Assembly: GCA_041640035.1 (NCBI GenBank)
Contig: JBEQBC010000002.1
Span: 105,580 to 169,579, forward strand
Direction of reading: 5' to 3'
DNA from: Candidatus Nanohaloarchaea archaeon
Lineage (GTDB): Archaea; Nanohalarchaeota; Nanosalinia; Nanosalinales; Nanosalinaceae
Length of the DNA: 64,000 bases
This document shows, piece after piece, positions 17,922 to 27,701 of this stretch (position 1 is its first letter; each line of letters begins with the position of its first letter). The translations under genes were made by a program, and so were the position numbers. Below the pieces are notes generated by a model, which worked only from the letters and a program-made list of their open reading frames with translations, made no database searches and had not been told where the DNA came from.

Positions 17922-18296
17922 ATGAGCGCAGAAGACGCATTTGAAGTCCTTGAACTAGCAATGGACGATCACTACACAGCAGCAGAGCTTAAGGACCAGT
18001 ATGATGATGAACTGGTAGATCAGGCATACGAAGCAAGAGACAAAGCAGTTCAGATGGCAGATGAGTACGGAGACGCACTTGAAGCTACAGAAACAGAAGC
18101 AAGAGCAGTTGCAGATTACCTGATGAAGCACAGAAGCCACATGGACGAAAAGGCACTCGAGCTAAGCAACGCTGCTGATGAGATTCAGGAAGATCTAGAA
18201 GATGTCGACGAACCAGATGTAGATACAGACAACCTTCTTGACATGGCGAACGATCTAGAGACCCGAGTCGAGAACGAGTACGACTTTAACTTCTAA
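17922..18296 (+). CDS. Acidic helical protein (domain A only) of a local mosaic family
   Basis: 124 aa. MSAEDAFEVLELAMDDHY... aligns over ~95 aa with the N-terminus of 18401..19135. GAGGTGA SD upstream. Confidence 0.6.
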   Translation: MSAEDAFEVLELAMDDHYTAAELKDQYDDELVDQAYEARDKAVQMADEYGDALEATETEARAVADYLMKHRSHMDEKALELSNAADEIQEDLEDVDEPDVDTDNLLDMANDLETRVENEYDFNF

Positions 18297-18400
18297 GATC
18301 TTTCACATACTTTCCTATCCCCTATTATTTCTTCTCATTTTATCGATCATGAACAGAAACATCAAAACATTTAAAATGTTGTCACCATAAGGTAAACAAT

Positions 18401-19135
18401 ATGAGTGCAGAGGATTCATTCGAAACCCTAGAACTAGCTGTGGACGATCATTATAGAACAGTAGAACTGTTCGAGGAAGCAGTAGATGATGCCGCAATGG
18501 GCAGAGAAGTACTGACACAGCTGATAGATATAACACAGGAGTACGAAGAATTCAGGGAAAGCACAGCGACAGTCAACACGGCCATAGCATCCTACCTTAT
18601 GGATCATAGAGATCATATGGATGCAAGAGCAGTAGAACTGAAGAACGACCACGATCGCCTCGAAGAAGTTATTGAAAATTACAGCCCTGACGGAGCCACA
18701 GGTGGAGGAAGCAGTGACGAAATAGACATCAACATAACATTTGAAGACGACAGAAGAGGCTTCCTGAAAACAGTAGCTGCAGGCGGCGCATTACTTGCAG
18801 GCGGAGGCCTAGCATACGGAACATGGCAGAACAGCGGCGACGATATCTACATCGCAGAAGAAAATATAGGGGAAACACCTGGAGACTATACACAGGATGT
18901 GGCTAGCAGCGAAGTCATAGAAAAGTATGTATCAAACATGATGGACGAGGAAGCGTTCTCCGATACATTCACCGAGGTCGGCCAGGATATTGACGGAAAA
19001 GACCTCAGCATGGGTTATATGGATAGTGAAAACCGTATTGACTTCTACGGCGACCAGGTAGTCAGCTCGGTAGAGATGGAAGACCAGCTTTACAATGAGG
19101 CAAAAGACGAACTCAACGAAGTACTACAAAACTGA
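18401..19135 (+). CDS. Mosaic protein: domain A, then an internal RRGFLK twin-arginine-like motif with a hydrophobic segment, then acidic domain C
   Basis: 244 aa. MSAEDSFETLELAVDDHY..., then DDRRGFLKTVAAGGALLAGGGLAYG at residues 116-140. The C-terminal ~60 aa resemble the C-terminus of 19196..20347. Confidence 0.6.
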   Translation: MSAEDSFETLELAVDDHYRTVELFEEAVDDAAMGREVLTQLIDITQEYEEFRESTATVNTAIASYLMDHRDHMDARAVELKNDHDRLEEVIENYSPDGATGGGSSDEIDINITFEDDRRGFLKTVAAGGALLAGGGLAYGTWQNSGDDIYIAEENIGETPGDYTQDVASSEVIEKYVSNMMDEEAFSDTFTEVGQDIDGKDLSMGYMDSENRIDFYGDQVVSSVEMEDQLYNEAKDELNEVLQN

Positions 19136-19195
19136 ATTGTTGTTACTATCCAATAACTATAAAAAACATGAGTGTTAATACTATAGTGTGATAAC

Positions 19196-20347
19196 ATGGT
19201 AAACTGGACTAACCTAAAGAACACGCTTACAGGCGGAGCAAGTACCGCCAAAGACGAGATGACCAAAACCACAAGAAGAAAATTCCTAACCGGGACAGCA
19301 GCCGCAGGAGCAACAGTACTAGGGGCAGATGCCCTGAGCGACGGAGCAGTCTCTGAAACAGCAGGAAACTGGTGGGAAGAGATTGTAGAAGATCCTATCG
19401 GAATGAACATCGATACAGTTAACGAATACAATGAAGCAGTGACTGACTTCGAGAACAACTTTGAGGACATGTATCGGTCCGAACTACATTCAGCCAGAGG
19501 AACAGACGATGTAGGAAGAATGCCCGGCAACCTAGAAGCAGGAGATTCCCTAGACGACGGACAGTACAAAGCACTAGGATTCAACGATGACGACATCAAC
19601 AACTCCGACGGAAGAAATGTAGTAGAAAGAGTCGTAGATGATGAAGAATTCACAGTTCTCACACCTGACGCAGTCAGCATGGAAGACAGCAGCTTCGGAG
19701 ACGAGTTCGGAGCACTAGCAATCAACCAGGATCAGAACGAGTTCGATGCTTCTGATCTAAGACAGATGAGAGATGCATACCAGGAAGCAGCTCAGGTAAC
19801 TCAGGACTGGATGGTCCGAGTAAACGAACTGCAGACAGAAGGAGAAAGCCTCGACAGACTCTCAACCGAGTACGAAGATGAGGAAGAAGTTCCAGCAGTT
19901 CAACAGGCAAGAGAGAACCAGCAGTACCTCGGAGATGTACAGAACACACTTACAACCGACCACCTCAAGTTCCGAGCACAGGCTAACCTGTTCGACCACG
20001 CACTTCAGAACAGCCCTTACAGCGATGGTGACGAAGTAGGAGTAGACTACGAAGAAGAAACTCAAACACCTGAAGACACTGCTACGGACACACCTGACGA
20101 TGATACTCCGACAGAAACTCCAGGCGATTCCTACGGAGAGCACGACACTTACGGAGATCTTTCAGGTTACTGTGAATGGGAGGACGACACGATCAACGAG
20201 ATCCATGAGTACATGGACGAGAACGACATCGACAGCTATGATGAGTTCGATGTTGACATCAGCTCAACAAACGGGGACTTCACAGTTGAGCTTACCTACG
20301 ATGGTAACACCATCAGCGCTGACAATGTAGAAGGCTGCGGGGCATAA
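19196..20347 (+). CDS. Acidic exported/anchored protein with an N-terminal twin-arginine (Tat-type) signal and C-terminal domain C
   Basis: 383 aa. TKTTRRKFLTGTAAAGATVLGADA at residues 23-46 follows the canonical S/T-R-R-x-F-L pattern. Thr/Pro/Asp linker. C-terminal INEIHEYMDENDIDSYDEFDVDISSTNGDFTVELTYDGNTIS. Confidence 0.6.
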   Translation: MVNWTNLKNTLTGGASTAKDEMTKTTRRKFLTGTAAAGATVLGADALSDGAVSETAGNWWEEIVEDPIGMNIDTVNEYNEAVTDFENNFEDMYRSELHSARGTDDVGRMPGNLEAGDSLDDGQYKALGFNDDDINNSDGRNVVERVVDDEEFTVLTPDAVSMEDSSFGDEFGALAINQDQNEFDASDLRQMRDAYQEAAQVTQDWMVRVNELQTEGESLDRLSTEYEDEEEVPAVQQARENQQYLGDVQNTLTTDHLKFRAQANLFDHALQNSPYSDGDEVGVDYEEETQTPEDTATDTPDDDTPTETPGDSYGEHDTYGDLSGYCEWEDDTINEIHEYMDENDIDSYDEFDVDISSTNGDFTVELTYDGNTISADNVEGCGA

Positions 20348-20399
20348 ATACCCCCTTCCCCCTTTATTGTATTATTGTAGAGGTGTTTACCCTTAATCT

Positions 20400-23300
20400 A
20401 TGAAACTAAACAAAGGCTTGATAATCGCATTCTTCATAATTTTCGCAGCATCAGCTGCAGCTAACCCAGATGTTTCAGTAAACAACCTTCCTGACACCGC
20501 AACACTTCAGGACGGCATAGATATAGAGGGAAGCGCCAGTGGAGAAGATCTCGACGAACTCAGCATCAGAATGAGAGACGCAGGAGACAGCCTCTGGACC
20601 ACATATGTAGAAACCAAAGACTGCCAGGGATTACCGGACTGCAGCGTAAACATAAACGACTACAGCCCAGACAGCACTGGAGAAAAAGAATTCTCAGTAT
20701 ACATAGACAATAATAATGGCGAAGGCAACCACACCGAACCTCAAACCGTAGAGTTTACAGACGGATCCGGAGACGCACAATTAGATGTTTCAATGGATAA
20801 TCTAGATAGCCAGGCTCCGACAGGAGAAGACTTCACATTTGGAGCTAGCGCCAGTGGAGAAAACCTTGACACTCTAGAAATCCAGTATAGAGAGGAAAAT
20901 GGCGACTGGGAAACACTAGGAGCAACCAAAAACTGCGAAGGACTACCAGACTGCTCTATTGACTCAAGAACATATAATACAGATACAGCACAGAATGTAG
21001 ACTTCAAAGCAGTTGTAACCGAGGAGAGCGGAGACACAGACGAAACAAGTATTCAGACAGTAGAATTTACAGAGTCATCAGATGCACAGCTAGAAGTAAC
21101 CATGGACAACCTGGACAGCCAGGCACCAGTAGATGAAGACTTCAACTTTGATGTATCAGCGAGCGGTGAAAACCTTGATACACTGACCGTCGAGTACCGT
21201 GAAGAAGGTGGCAGCTGGGAACCCCTTGACTCCAAGAACTGTGAGGGACTTCCAGACTGCAGCTTCAACCCGGTTACTTACACACCTACAGAAACACAGG
21301 AAGTAGACTTCAAGGCAAACATCGAGGAAGAAAGCGGCGATACTGACGAAACAAGTTCTCAATCAGTTGATTTTGTTTCAGACACAAGGATTGACTCCAA
21401 AAGCATGAACGATCTTCCAGACGAACACTTTACAGATACAGACCTCGAGGTAGAGGGAAGCGTATCTGGAGAGAACCTTGACAGGCTTGAAATACTTGTA
21501 GATGATGGAGACGGGTTCTCAGAATGGGAAGACAAAGACTGCAACGACGCACTGGACTGCTCTATAGACAGAGACTACCAGACCTCTGAAACAGGAGATG
21601 TAGAGTTCAAACTGAAGGCTTACGCCGGAACTCATGAGGAAGAAACTGATGGAAAGACAGTAGAGTTCGTTGAACCACAGATCTCATTAAGCGCAGACTA
21701 CCCTATCAACACCCCGGAAGTAGAATCACCTGTCGATATCAACTGGTTCGTCGATAACCCGGAAGATGTAGATATTGACTACACATTGACGGTAGAGGAT
21801 GAGGACGGCGACCAGGTGTTCTCAGAAGATAATATAGACGAGACAAGCTACAGCCTCGACGAAGACTTGGATGAAGGAACATACACATGGACCGTAGAAG
21901 CAGTAGACAACGACGGAGATGTAAGAGCAGATGCAGACGGATCATTCGACCTACAGAACGCTTACATAGACGGAGTAACGATGAATGATCTGCCGAACCA
22001 GCAGCTTACAGATGAAGACATGGAGATAGAAGCAAGCGCAAGCGGAAGAGACCTCCAAGAACTAATGATAAAACAGAGAGTGCACGGTGACTGGGATACT
22101 TACCATGACAAGGACTGTGAAGGATTGCCTGACTGCAGTATCGATCTACCGGATTACAGCAGAAGTACAGAAGGAGAAGTAGACTACAAAGCAGTAGCAG
22201 TCGCAGGAACAGGAGATGACGAAGAAGAACAGGAATCAGATATACAGACAGTAGAGTTCGTTGACGAAGTTTACCTTGAAGCAGACTTCGACTACCATCC
22301 GGAAAATCCGGAGGTAGATGAAACAGTAGAGTTCGAATCTGAAAGTTCAGGTGATATCGAGGAATGGACCTGGGACTTCGGAGACGGAGAAACAGCCAGC
22401 GGACAGGAGGTAGAACACGAGTTTGATGAGGAGGGCGAATACCCTGTCGAGCTGACAGTCAGCAACGGAGAAAACGAAGATGACGAAACAAAGATCATAG
22501 ATGTAGGAACTGAACCGGATGACTGTGATATAGATGTAGGCGACATCGAATTTGATCCAGAATATGTACAGCCTGGAGAGGAAAGCACTATCAGCATCAC
22601 AGTCGAGAACGACGGCGACAGACAGGACATAGAGGTAGAGTTCCAGGTAAACGACTACAGAGAAAGCCTGGAAGAAGACACACTTGACAGCGGTGAAGAA
22701 GAGGAATACAGCATAACAATCAGCCGCGACTACGACGCAGAGATCATAGCAACAGTAACAACCGAATCCGGAGGAGAAAACCCATGCGGATACCAGGAAT
22801 GGAATCGAATCGATACACTATATGTAAACGAGGAAGGAGAGAACGATGCAACTTTCAACTTCGATGTAGAAGATGAAGACGGAGACTCACTCGAAGATGT
22901 AACAATCAGCGGAGAGAACGGAGACGACTTCACACGGTACACCGACGATGATGGAGAAGCAACTGCAAACATCGAAAGCGGAACATACGATATAACCGCC
23001 TCCAAACCAGGATACGATTCAGAAACAAAGACAAGAACTGTTGACAGCGGAGAAACCAGAAATGTGGATTTCGAACTAGAAAGAGATGAATCAGCAGAAA
23101 ACGAAGGTCAGCTATCCGTACTTGCAGAAGAACTTGACGGAGAGAGACTTGAAGATGTAGAAATCACAGCAGAGAACGGAGATGACGAAACAGAGTACAC
23201 AGATGATGACGGAAGAGCATTCATCTACCTGGAAGAAGGAGATTACACCATCACAGCAGAGAAAGACGGATACCTCGATCAGGCAAGAGATGTAGAGATC

Positions 23301-24545
23301 GAAGCAGGAGAAAGAACACCTGTACTGTTCGAGATGGTTTCCGAAGATGAAGACAGTATAAGGATAACAGATCTGGAATATGACGACACAGTTTGTAGAG
23401 GAGACACACTATCCGTTGTAGTATCTATCAGGAACAGCCGTGACTCTGATGAGATAGTCACCATGAGAACCGAAGGACTTGGAACAGATACAGACAGAGA
23501 AGTAGTCACAGACCGTGGAGAAACAATAACACGAGAAGTCCTTCTGACAAATGTAGAGGGAAGCGGAACAGAACAGTTCACAGTATCGATCGAGAACTCG
23601 GTATACGACGAAGAGACCGGAGAAGTAGAGGTCGAGGACTGCGGAACAACCGATCAGCCTGACGCAGAGGCAACAGGTCTGACTGCAGAAGTCAACCCTA
23701 GAACGATCCAGGCAGGAGAAACAGTCAATATCAGAGGATTCGTTGACGGGATTCGTGGAGCAGCAGAAGTAGAGTTCGAATCCAACAGCGATCAGATCGC
23801 AAGCACGAGCACCGACAGATCAGGCTACTACTCAACATATGTCAGATTCAACACGCCGGGAACCAAGAGCATCGACATAGAGGCAGGTGGTTTGACCCGT
23901 ACAAGAAATGTAGAAGTCCTGGCGACAGCGACGGTAGGTGGAATCACAGCTCCAAGACAGGTATTTGAATCAGAGACCTTCGAGATCTGTGCAGATGTAA
24001 GTTCGCAGGTTGACGCAGATGTGGTACTGCTTCGGAACGGAGATGTAGTTGAGTCAAAGACCGGGGTCGGAGAAGTCTGCTTCGAGACAGAAGCAGGTGA
24101 GCCAGGAACAGCGATCTACGAAGTAAGAGCATTGACAAGCGGTTCAGGTGGAAGTTCAACCCGTGCAGTTCAGGTACTTGAGCAGGGTAATGAGGTAGAG
24201 AGCTTCCCAGGACAGTTGGCTTCGGTTGAGTCTGGAGGCAGTATCGCGAGAGTAGAATTGTATAACACCAACGATGATCTGAAGAGCTACGATATTGAGC
24301 TGACAGGTATTGATGATAGATGGTACACTCAGAGTGATGAGACAGTTCAGCTGAGAAGCGGTGAAAGAGAGACAGTCTACATCTACCTTACGCCAAGAGC
24401 GGAGGGCGAGTACCGTCCACTGCTCAGCGTAAGTTCAAAGGGAACCACGATTTACAGTCAGGAGATAATCCTGGAGACAGAGGGTACGACTGATTCGAAT
24501 CCTCCAGGATTTTTCCAGAGACTTTTCAGATTCCTTGGAATTTAG
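20400..24545 (+). CDS. Giant secreted/surface protein built from repeats (1381 aa): 5 copies of a ~100-aa C-x-x-L-P-D-C module, a PKD domain, CARDB-like and carboxypeptidase-regulatory-like Ig folds
   Basis: Signal peptide MKLNKGLIIAFFIIFAASAAA. Module motifs are DCQGLPDCS, NCEGLPDCS (x2), DCNDALDCS and DCEGLPDCS. PKD signature WTWDFGDGETASGQEVEHEFDEEGEYPVELTVSN. Two YTDDDG...G.Y.I.A.K.GY segments. Confidence 0.8.
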   Translation: MKLNKGLIIAFFIIFAASAAANPDVSVNNLPDTATLQDGIDIEGSASGEDLDELSIRMRDAGDSLWTTYVETKDCQGLPDCSVNINDYSPDSTGEKEFSVYIDNNNGEGNHTEPQTVEFTDGSGDAQLDVSMDNLDSQAPTGEDFTFGASASGENLDTLEIQYREENGDWETLGATKNCEGLPDCSIDSRTYNTDTAQNVDFKAVVTEESGDTDETSIQTVEFTESSDAQLEVTMDNLDSQAPVDEDFNFDVSASGENLDTLTVEYREEGGSWEPLDSKNCEGLPDCSFNPVTYTPTETQEVDFKANIEEESGDTDETSSQSVDFVSDTRIDSKSMNDLPDEHFTDTDLEVEGSVSGENLDRLEILVDDGDGFSEWEDKDCNDALDCSIDRDYQTSETGDVEFKLKAYAGTHEEETDGKTVEFVEPQISLSADYPINTPEVESPVDINWFVDNPEDVDIDYTLTVEDEDGDQVFSEDNIDETSYSLDEDLDEGTYTWTVEAVDNDGDVRADADGSFDLQNAYIDGVTMNDLPNQQLTDEDMEIEASASGRDLQELMIKQRVHGDWDTYHDKDCEGLPDCSIDLPDYSRSTEGEVDYKAVAVAGTGDDEEEQESDIQTVEFVDEVYLEADFDYHPENPEVDETVEFESESSGDIEEWTWDFGDGETASGQEVEHEFDEEGEYPVELTVSNGENEDDETKIIDVGTEPDDCDIDVGDIEFDPEYVQPGEESTISITVENDGDRQDIEVEFQVNDYRESLEEDTLDSGEEEEYSITISRDYDAEIIATVTTESGGENPCGYQEWNRIDTLYVNEEGENDATFNFDVEDEDGDSLEDVTISGENGDDFTRYTDDDGEATANIESGTYDITASKPGYDSETKTRTVDSGETRNVDFELERDESAENEGQLSVLAEELDGERLEDVEITAENGDDETEYTDDDGRAFIYLEEGDYTITAEKDGYLDQARDVEIEAGERTPVLFEMVSEDEDSIRITDLEYDDTVCRGDTLSVVVSIRNSRDSDEIVTMRTEGLGTDTDREVVTDRGETITREVLLTNVEGSGTEQFTVSIENSVYDEETGEVEVEDCGTTDQPDAEATGLTAEVNPRTIQAGETVNIRGFVDGIRGAAEVEFESNSDQIASTSTDRSGYYSTYVRFNTPGTKSIDIEAGGLTRTRNVEVLATATVGGITAPRQVFESETFEICADVSSQVDADVVLLRNGDVVESKTGVGEVCFETEAGEPGTAIYEVRALTSGSGGSSTRAVQVLEQGNEVESFPGQLASVESGGSIARVELYNTNDDLKSYDIELTGIDDRWYTQSDETVQLRSGERETVYIYLTPRAEGEYRPLLSVSSKGTTIYSQEIILETEGTTDSNPPGFFQRLFRFLGI
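20463..21674 (+). repeat. Four tandem ~300-nt coding repeats (protein modules 1-4 of the 1381-aa protein)
   Basis: Residues 22-121, 122-225, 226-326 and 327-425 are collinear. Copies 2 and 3 are also visibly similar at DNA level (…gatagccaggctcc… vs …gacagccaggcacc…, …ggagaaaaccttgacact… vs …ggtgaaaaccttgatacact…). Confidence 0.8.
21957..22265 (+). repeat. Fifth, dispersed copy of the C-x-x-L-P-D-C module
   Basis: Residues 520-622 (NAYIDGVTMNDLPNQQ...DKDCEGLPDCSIDLPDYS...IQTVEFVD). Separated from copies 1-4 by a different ~94-aa Ig-like segment. Confidence 0.75.
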
Positions 24546-24657
24546 AGTACTTTTTGGGCTGACTTGGGTTTCTATTTATGCCCGAGTAGCCAATTTTTTT
24601 CACTACTACAAATTAATATAAAAGATTTAGTTGAGGTGTTATTATTAGGTGACAATT

Positions 24658-26409
24658 ATGAACTATAAAGGTTCCAAACTTGGATTACTACTTGCACTTT
24701 TAACTCTTACAACAGCCGTGGCTGCGGCAAGCCCAGCCGAAATGTACATGTTCCCTCAGTCCTCCGATGTGAGGATTGACTCATTCACAGAGTACCAGAT
24801 AGAGATCGAAAATACTGGTACGACAGAAGATGTCTATACTATCTCATCCCCTAACGAAGGAGTTAGAGTGATGCCATCAAGGATACCACAGAACACCGGT
24901 CAAACACTTGCACCGGGAGAAAGCGCGGAGATCTATGTTGTTTATAACCCGCCTACTGATACTGAAGCAGGAACTTACTCATTTACTATCAACGCAGAAT
25001 CAAGAGCTTCTGGCGAAACTTACTCCGTACAGGGAGAAGCAGATGTGATCCGTGGCCACGATATCGAGATCACAGCAGACAGCACTCAAACTGTTTGTAG
25101 AGGAGAACAGGCACAGTACCAGCTAGTACTTGAGAACAGAGGTATGCAGCCTGAAGAATTCCAGCTAACAACAGATAGAGGCGACCTTTCCCAGAGCCGT
25201 GTAAACCTTGCAGAAGGAGAAACCAAGACAGTTACAGTCACAACATCCTCAGAAACAGCTCTGCAAGAAAGCTTCAATGTAGTCGCAGCATCAACAACAA
25301 GCTACGCTCAGGATATCCAGACACTCAACCTAGATGTTGAAACATGTTACACATCTGAGATGTCTGTAACACCTGAAAACCAGAGAACAGCTGCATACAC
25401 AGAAGCAGAGTACGATATAACAGTTCGGAACCTTGGAACCAAAGCCGACACATTCACACTTTCCGCAAGCAACGGACAGTTCACAAGCAACCAGGTAGAA
25501 GTCGGTGCAGAAAGTACAGAAACAGTTACTCTGAGCTACAGACCTGAAACACTTGGAACCACCAGCATCGATATCTCAGCTGAAGGAAAGTCCTCAGCAT
25601 CAAGCACTGTACAGGTCGAATCCTACAACGGCATGGATGTAGAGACCTCATTCAGCCAGGACGGCTACACCGTATGTGAGAATCAGGAAAGAAATGTAGG
25701 CCTGCGTGTTGAGAACACAGGCGAGGCAACAGACACCTTCGATCTTTCAACAAGTGAAGGAGAAATCAGAAGCGATGAAGTAACACTTGAACCAGGAGAA
25801 TCACAGAGAGTTCCAATCAGATTCACAGGTTCGGACTATGAGGAAGGTAGCGAAATCGGTGTTGATGTAGAGGCAGTTTCACAGACATTCGACGAGACAA
25901 GCGACACTGTTTCAACAACAGTCACAGTTGACAACTGCTGGGACCTAGAGATGAATGTAGTTCCAACAGTTCTCAGCGCAGGAGAGAACAGAAGCGCAGT
26001 CTACGAGGTCAAACTCGAGAACACAGGTTCAAAGGAGAACACCTACAGACTAGACAGCCAAGGACCAGAATGGATCTCACTCAGACCAGAACAGGTCACA
26101 GTCCAAGCAGGAGAAACAGAACACGCCTACATCTACGCAGGAATCCCTTACGAGAAGAAGGGAGAAGTACAGATCACAGCAGAAGCAGTAGGAACCAATG
26201 TAACTGAAACCGAAGAGGTTACACTGGTAATAGGCCAAGAAGTAGAGGAATCAATCAGAAACAACCAGAACAAGGTAACAGGCGCATTCACAAGACTAGG
26301 CGACTCAATCACAGGCCTAGCTAACTCAAGCACACTGGTCAAGCTCCTAGGAGCAATCCTAGCAGGAGCAGTCCTGACAGGACTCATCCTGTACAGAGAA
26401 ACCAGATAA
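24658..26409 (+). CDS. Surface protein of about six CARDB/Ig-like repeats with a signal peptide and a C-terminal TM anchor
   Basis: I prefer the ATG at 24658 (GGTGA SD 5-6 nt upstream) over the GTG at 24649. MNYKGSKLGLLLALLTLTTAVAAA. Recurring pattern C..E.a.Y.l.veN.G...D.F.LS. C-terminus LVKLLGAILAGAVLTGLILYRETR. Confidence 0.75.
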   Translation: MNYKGSKLGLLLALLTLTTAVAAASPAEMYMFPQSSDVRIDSFTEYQIEIENTGTTEDVYTISSPNEGVRVMPSRIPQNTGQTLAPGESAEIYVVYNPPTDTEAGTYSFTINAESRASGETYSVQGEADVIRGHDIEITADSTQTVCRGEQAQYQLVLENRGMQPEEFQLTTDRGDLSQSRVNLAEGETKTVTVTTSSETALQESFNVVAASTTSYAQDIQTLNLDVETCYTSEMSVTPENQRTAAYTEAEYDITVRNLGTKADTFTLSASNGQFTSNQVEVGAESTETVTLSYRPETLGTTSIDISAEGKSSASSTVQVESYNGMDVETSFSQDGYTVCENQERNVGLRVENTGEATDTFDLSTSEGEIRSDEVTLEPGESQRVPIRFTGSDYEEGSEIGVDVEAVSQTFDETSDTVSTTVTVDNCWDLEMNVVPTVLSAGENRSAVYEVKLENTGSKENTYRLDSQGPEWISLRPEQVTVQAGETEHAYIYAGIPYEKKGEVQITAEAVGTNVTETEEVTLVIGQEVEESIRNNQNKVTGAFTRLGDSITGLANSSTLVKLLGAILAGAVLTGLILYRETR

Positions 26410-26733
26410 CTTGCCAAATATTTTTCTTCTCTCATCTTCTTCTCATTACTTATTTCTCAACAGCTTAACTGTCCATATTTGCCTAGTTGTTCGAGTATGT
26501 CAAAGACAACCAAGTAACTGATCCGATACCACAATTAATACAAACATTTGAAAAACTTCACAGACTCTTCACCAGATATCTAATTTCTCTCTGAAAAGCA
26601 TAAAGCTCATAGAGCTAGTATAGTAGAAAATGTTACCAAAAGACGATAAGGTGTTGCCTAGTAGCGAAACATTATCTAGAGAATTGTTTTCTCAGTTCAA
26701 AAATAGAAAGAAGAGAAAATAGAAACGGACTGA

Positions 26734-27699
26734 TTACCGCCTTGGCTGAACTGTAGCCGTCGTGCTTGCATCCGTGTAATAACTGTAGCTAGCGTCAATG
26801 GTTAGAGGAACTGTCTGTGTGATTGAGAATGAGTCTGGCAGAGTCATCTCAAAGCAGTGATTTCCTCTTGAACCTGTCAACATTACTGTCTCTGTCGCAG
26901 TTCCATCGTCATTTGCTGCGGGGAAGTCTACTCCTGCGGATTCAGATACACTAACTTCTACTTTGTCTCTTGGATCGTTGTCCTCTGAACCTAGATCAAT
27001 GCTTGTGATTTCTCCATCTTGCGTATCAGTGTATTCATCGACACTAGGTGCGAATGGTGTTCCCTGACCTTCATTTCTGACTGTTACACAGAGATCGGAG
27101 TCAACACTTGAACTTTCCCCATCTTCAGATGTGAAGTATCTGACCGGGCTGCGTGTATTGATATCAATCTGGATCGGACCATCTGTGTTGGATGTTGAAG
27201 GTCTTGAAGGACTGTAGTCTCCCTGCAGGAATTCGTCCTCCCGTACAAGTTCAATCTGTGTAGTTGCTTCGGATGAGTAGTCGTAGTAGAGCCGAGTCTG
27301 GAAATTGTAGTCAACAGATTGAGATCCTAGGTCGGGAGCAGTAAGCGCCCAGTTCTGCCTTCTTGTCTGAGCAGGTATCTCATTCTCTGGATCTGCTGCT
27401 CTAATTCCTCCTATGTCTACAATCTGAGGCCCTGATTCAATCTCCCAAGAGCCAGGTCCTCCTCCGATAGGAGCCTGGTAAAGCTTGGCTACTGCATTGG
27501 ATGCATCAACTCCTCCTTGATTGATTACGCTCATGGATATCTGAGCTGACTGTCCACTAAAGGTGCTAGAAGGAGTTGCGGAGAAATTGGTTATTTGAAC
27601 ACCAGCTGTTGAAGCTGATTCTTCGCCGCCACCATTAGTACATCCTGCAATGATGACGGTAATTGCGATAAGTGCTAAAGCTGTTTTGTTTGTTTTCAT
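26734..27699 (-). CDS. Lipobox protein, paralogue 3 of 3 (unknown function)
   Basis: MKTNKTALALIAITVIIAGCTNGGGEE (lipobox IIAGC). Two conserved Cys and the C-terminal signature IDASYSYYTDASTTATVQPRR. Confidence 0.65.
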   Translation of the reverse strand: MKTNKTALALIAITVIIAGCTNGGGEESASTAGVQITNFSATPSSTFSGQSAQISMSVINQGGVDASNAVAKLYQAPIGGGPGSWEIESGPQIVDIGGIRAADPENEIPAQTRRQNWALTAPDLGSQSVDYNFQTRLYYDYSSEATTQIELVREDEFLQGDYSPSRPSTSNTDGPIQIDINTRSPVRYFTSEDGESSSVDSDLCVTVRNEGQGTPFAPSVDEYTDTQDGEITSIDLGSEDNDPRDKVEVSVSESAGVDFPAANDDGTATETVMLTGSRGNHCFEMTLPDSFSITQTVPLTIDASYSYYTDASTTATVQPRR

Positions 27700-27701
27700 G
27701 G

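Noticed and set aside
19090-19725. 211-aa minus-strand ORF
   Set aside because: It is antisense to the Tat-signal protein gene (19196..20347), which has a start context, a twin-arginine signal and paralogy support. The antisense product is S/L/P-rich low complexity.
20463-22265. Approximately 300-nt periodicity that could be mistaken for a repeat array or CRISPR
   Set aside because: The periodicity is in-frame coding repeats of the 1381-aa protein. There are no short identical direct repeats with unique spacers anywhere in the window.
24480-24545. C-terminus …TTDSNPPGFFQRLFRFLGI of the 1381-aa protein as a PGF-CTERM archaeosortase signal
   Set aside because: It has a PGF tripeptide after a Thr/Ser-rich stretch. 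But only 11 residues follow, including Q and two R, so there is no full hydrophobic helix plus basic tail as in genuine PGF-CTERM signals. This is possibly a coincidence.
26630-26722. 30-codon plus-strand ORF (MLPKDDKVLPSSETLSRELFSQFKNRKKRK) in the 324-nt AT-rich gap between convergent surface-protein genes
   Set aside because: There is no SD or promoter context I could support. Its composition is basic, unlike the rest of the proteome, and it is too short to judge without comparative data. The gap is more likely terminator or spacer sequence.
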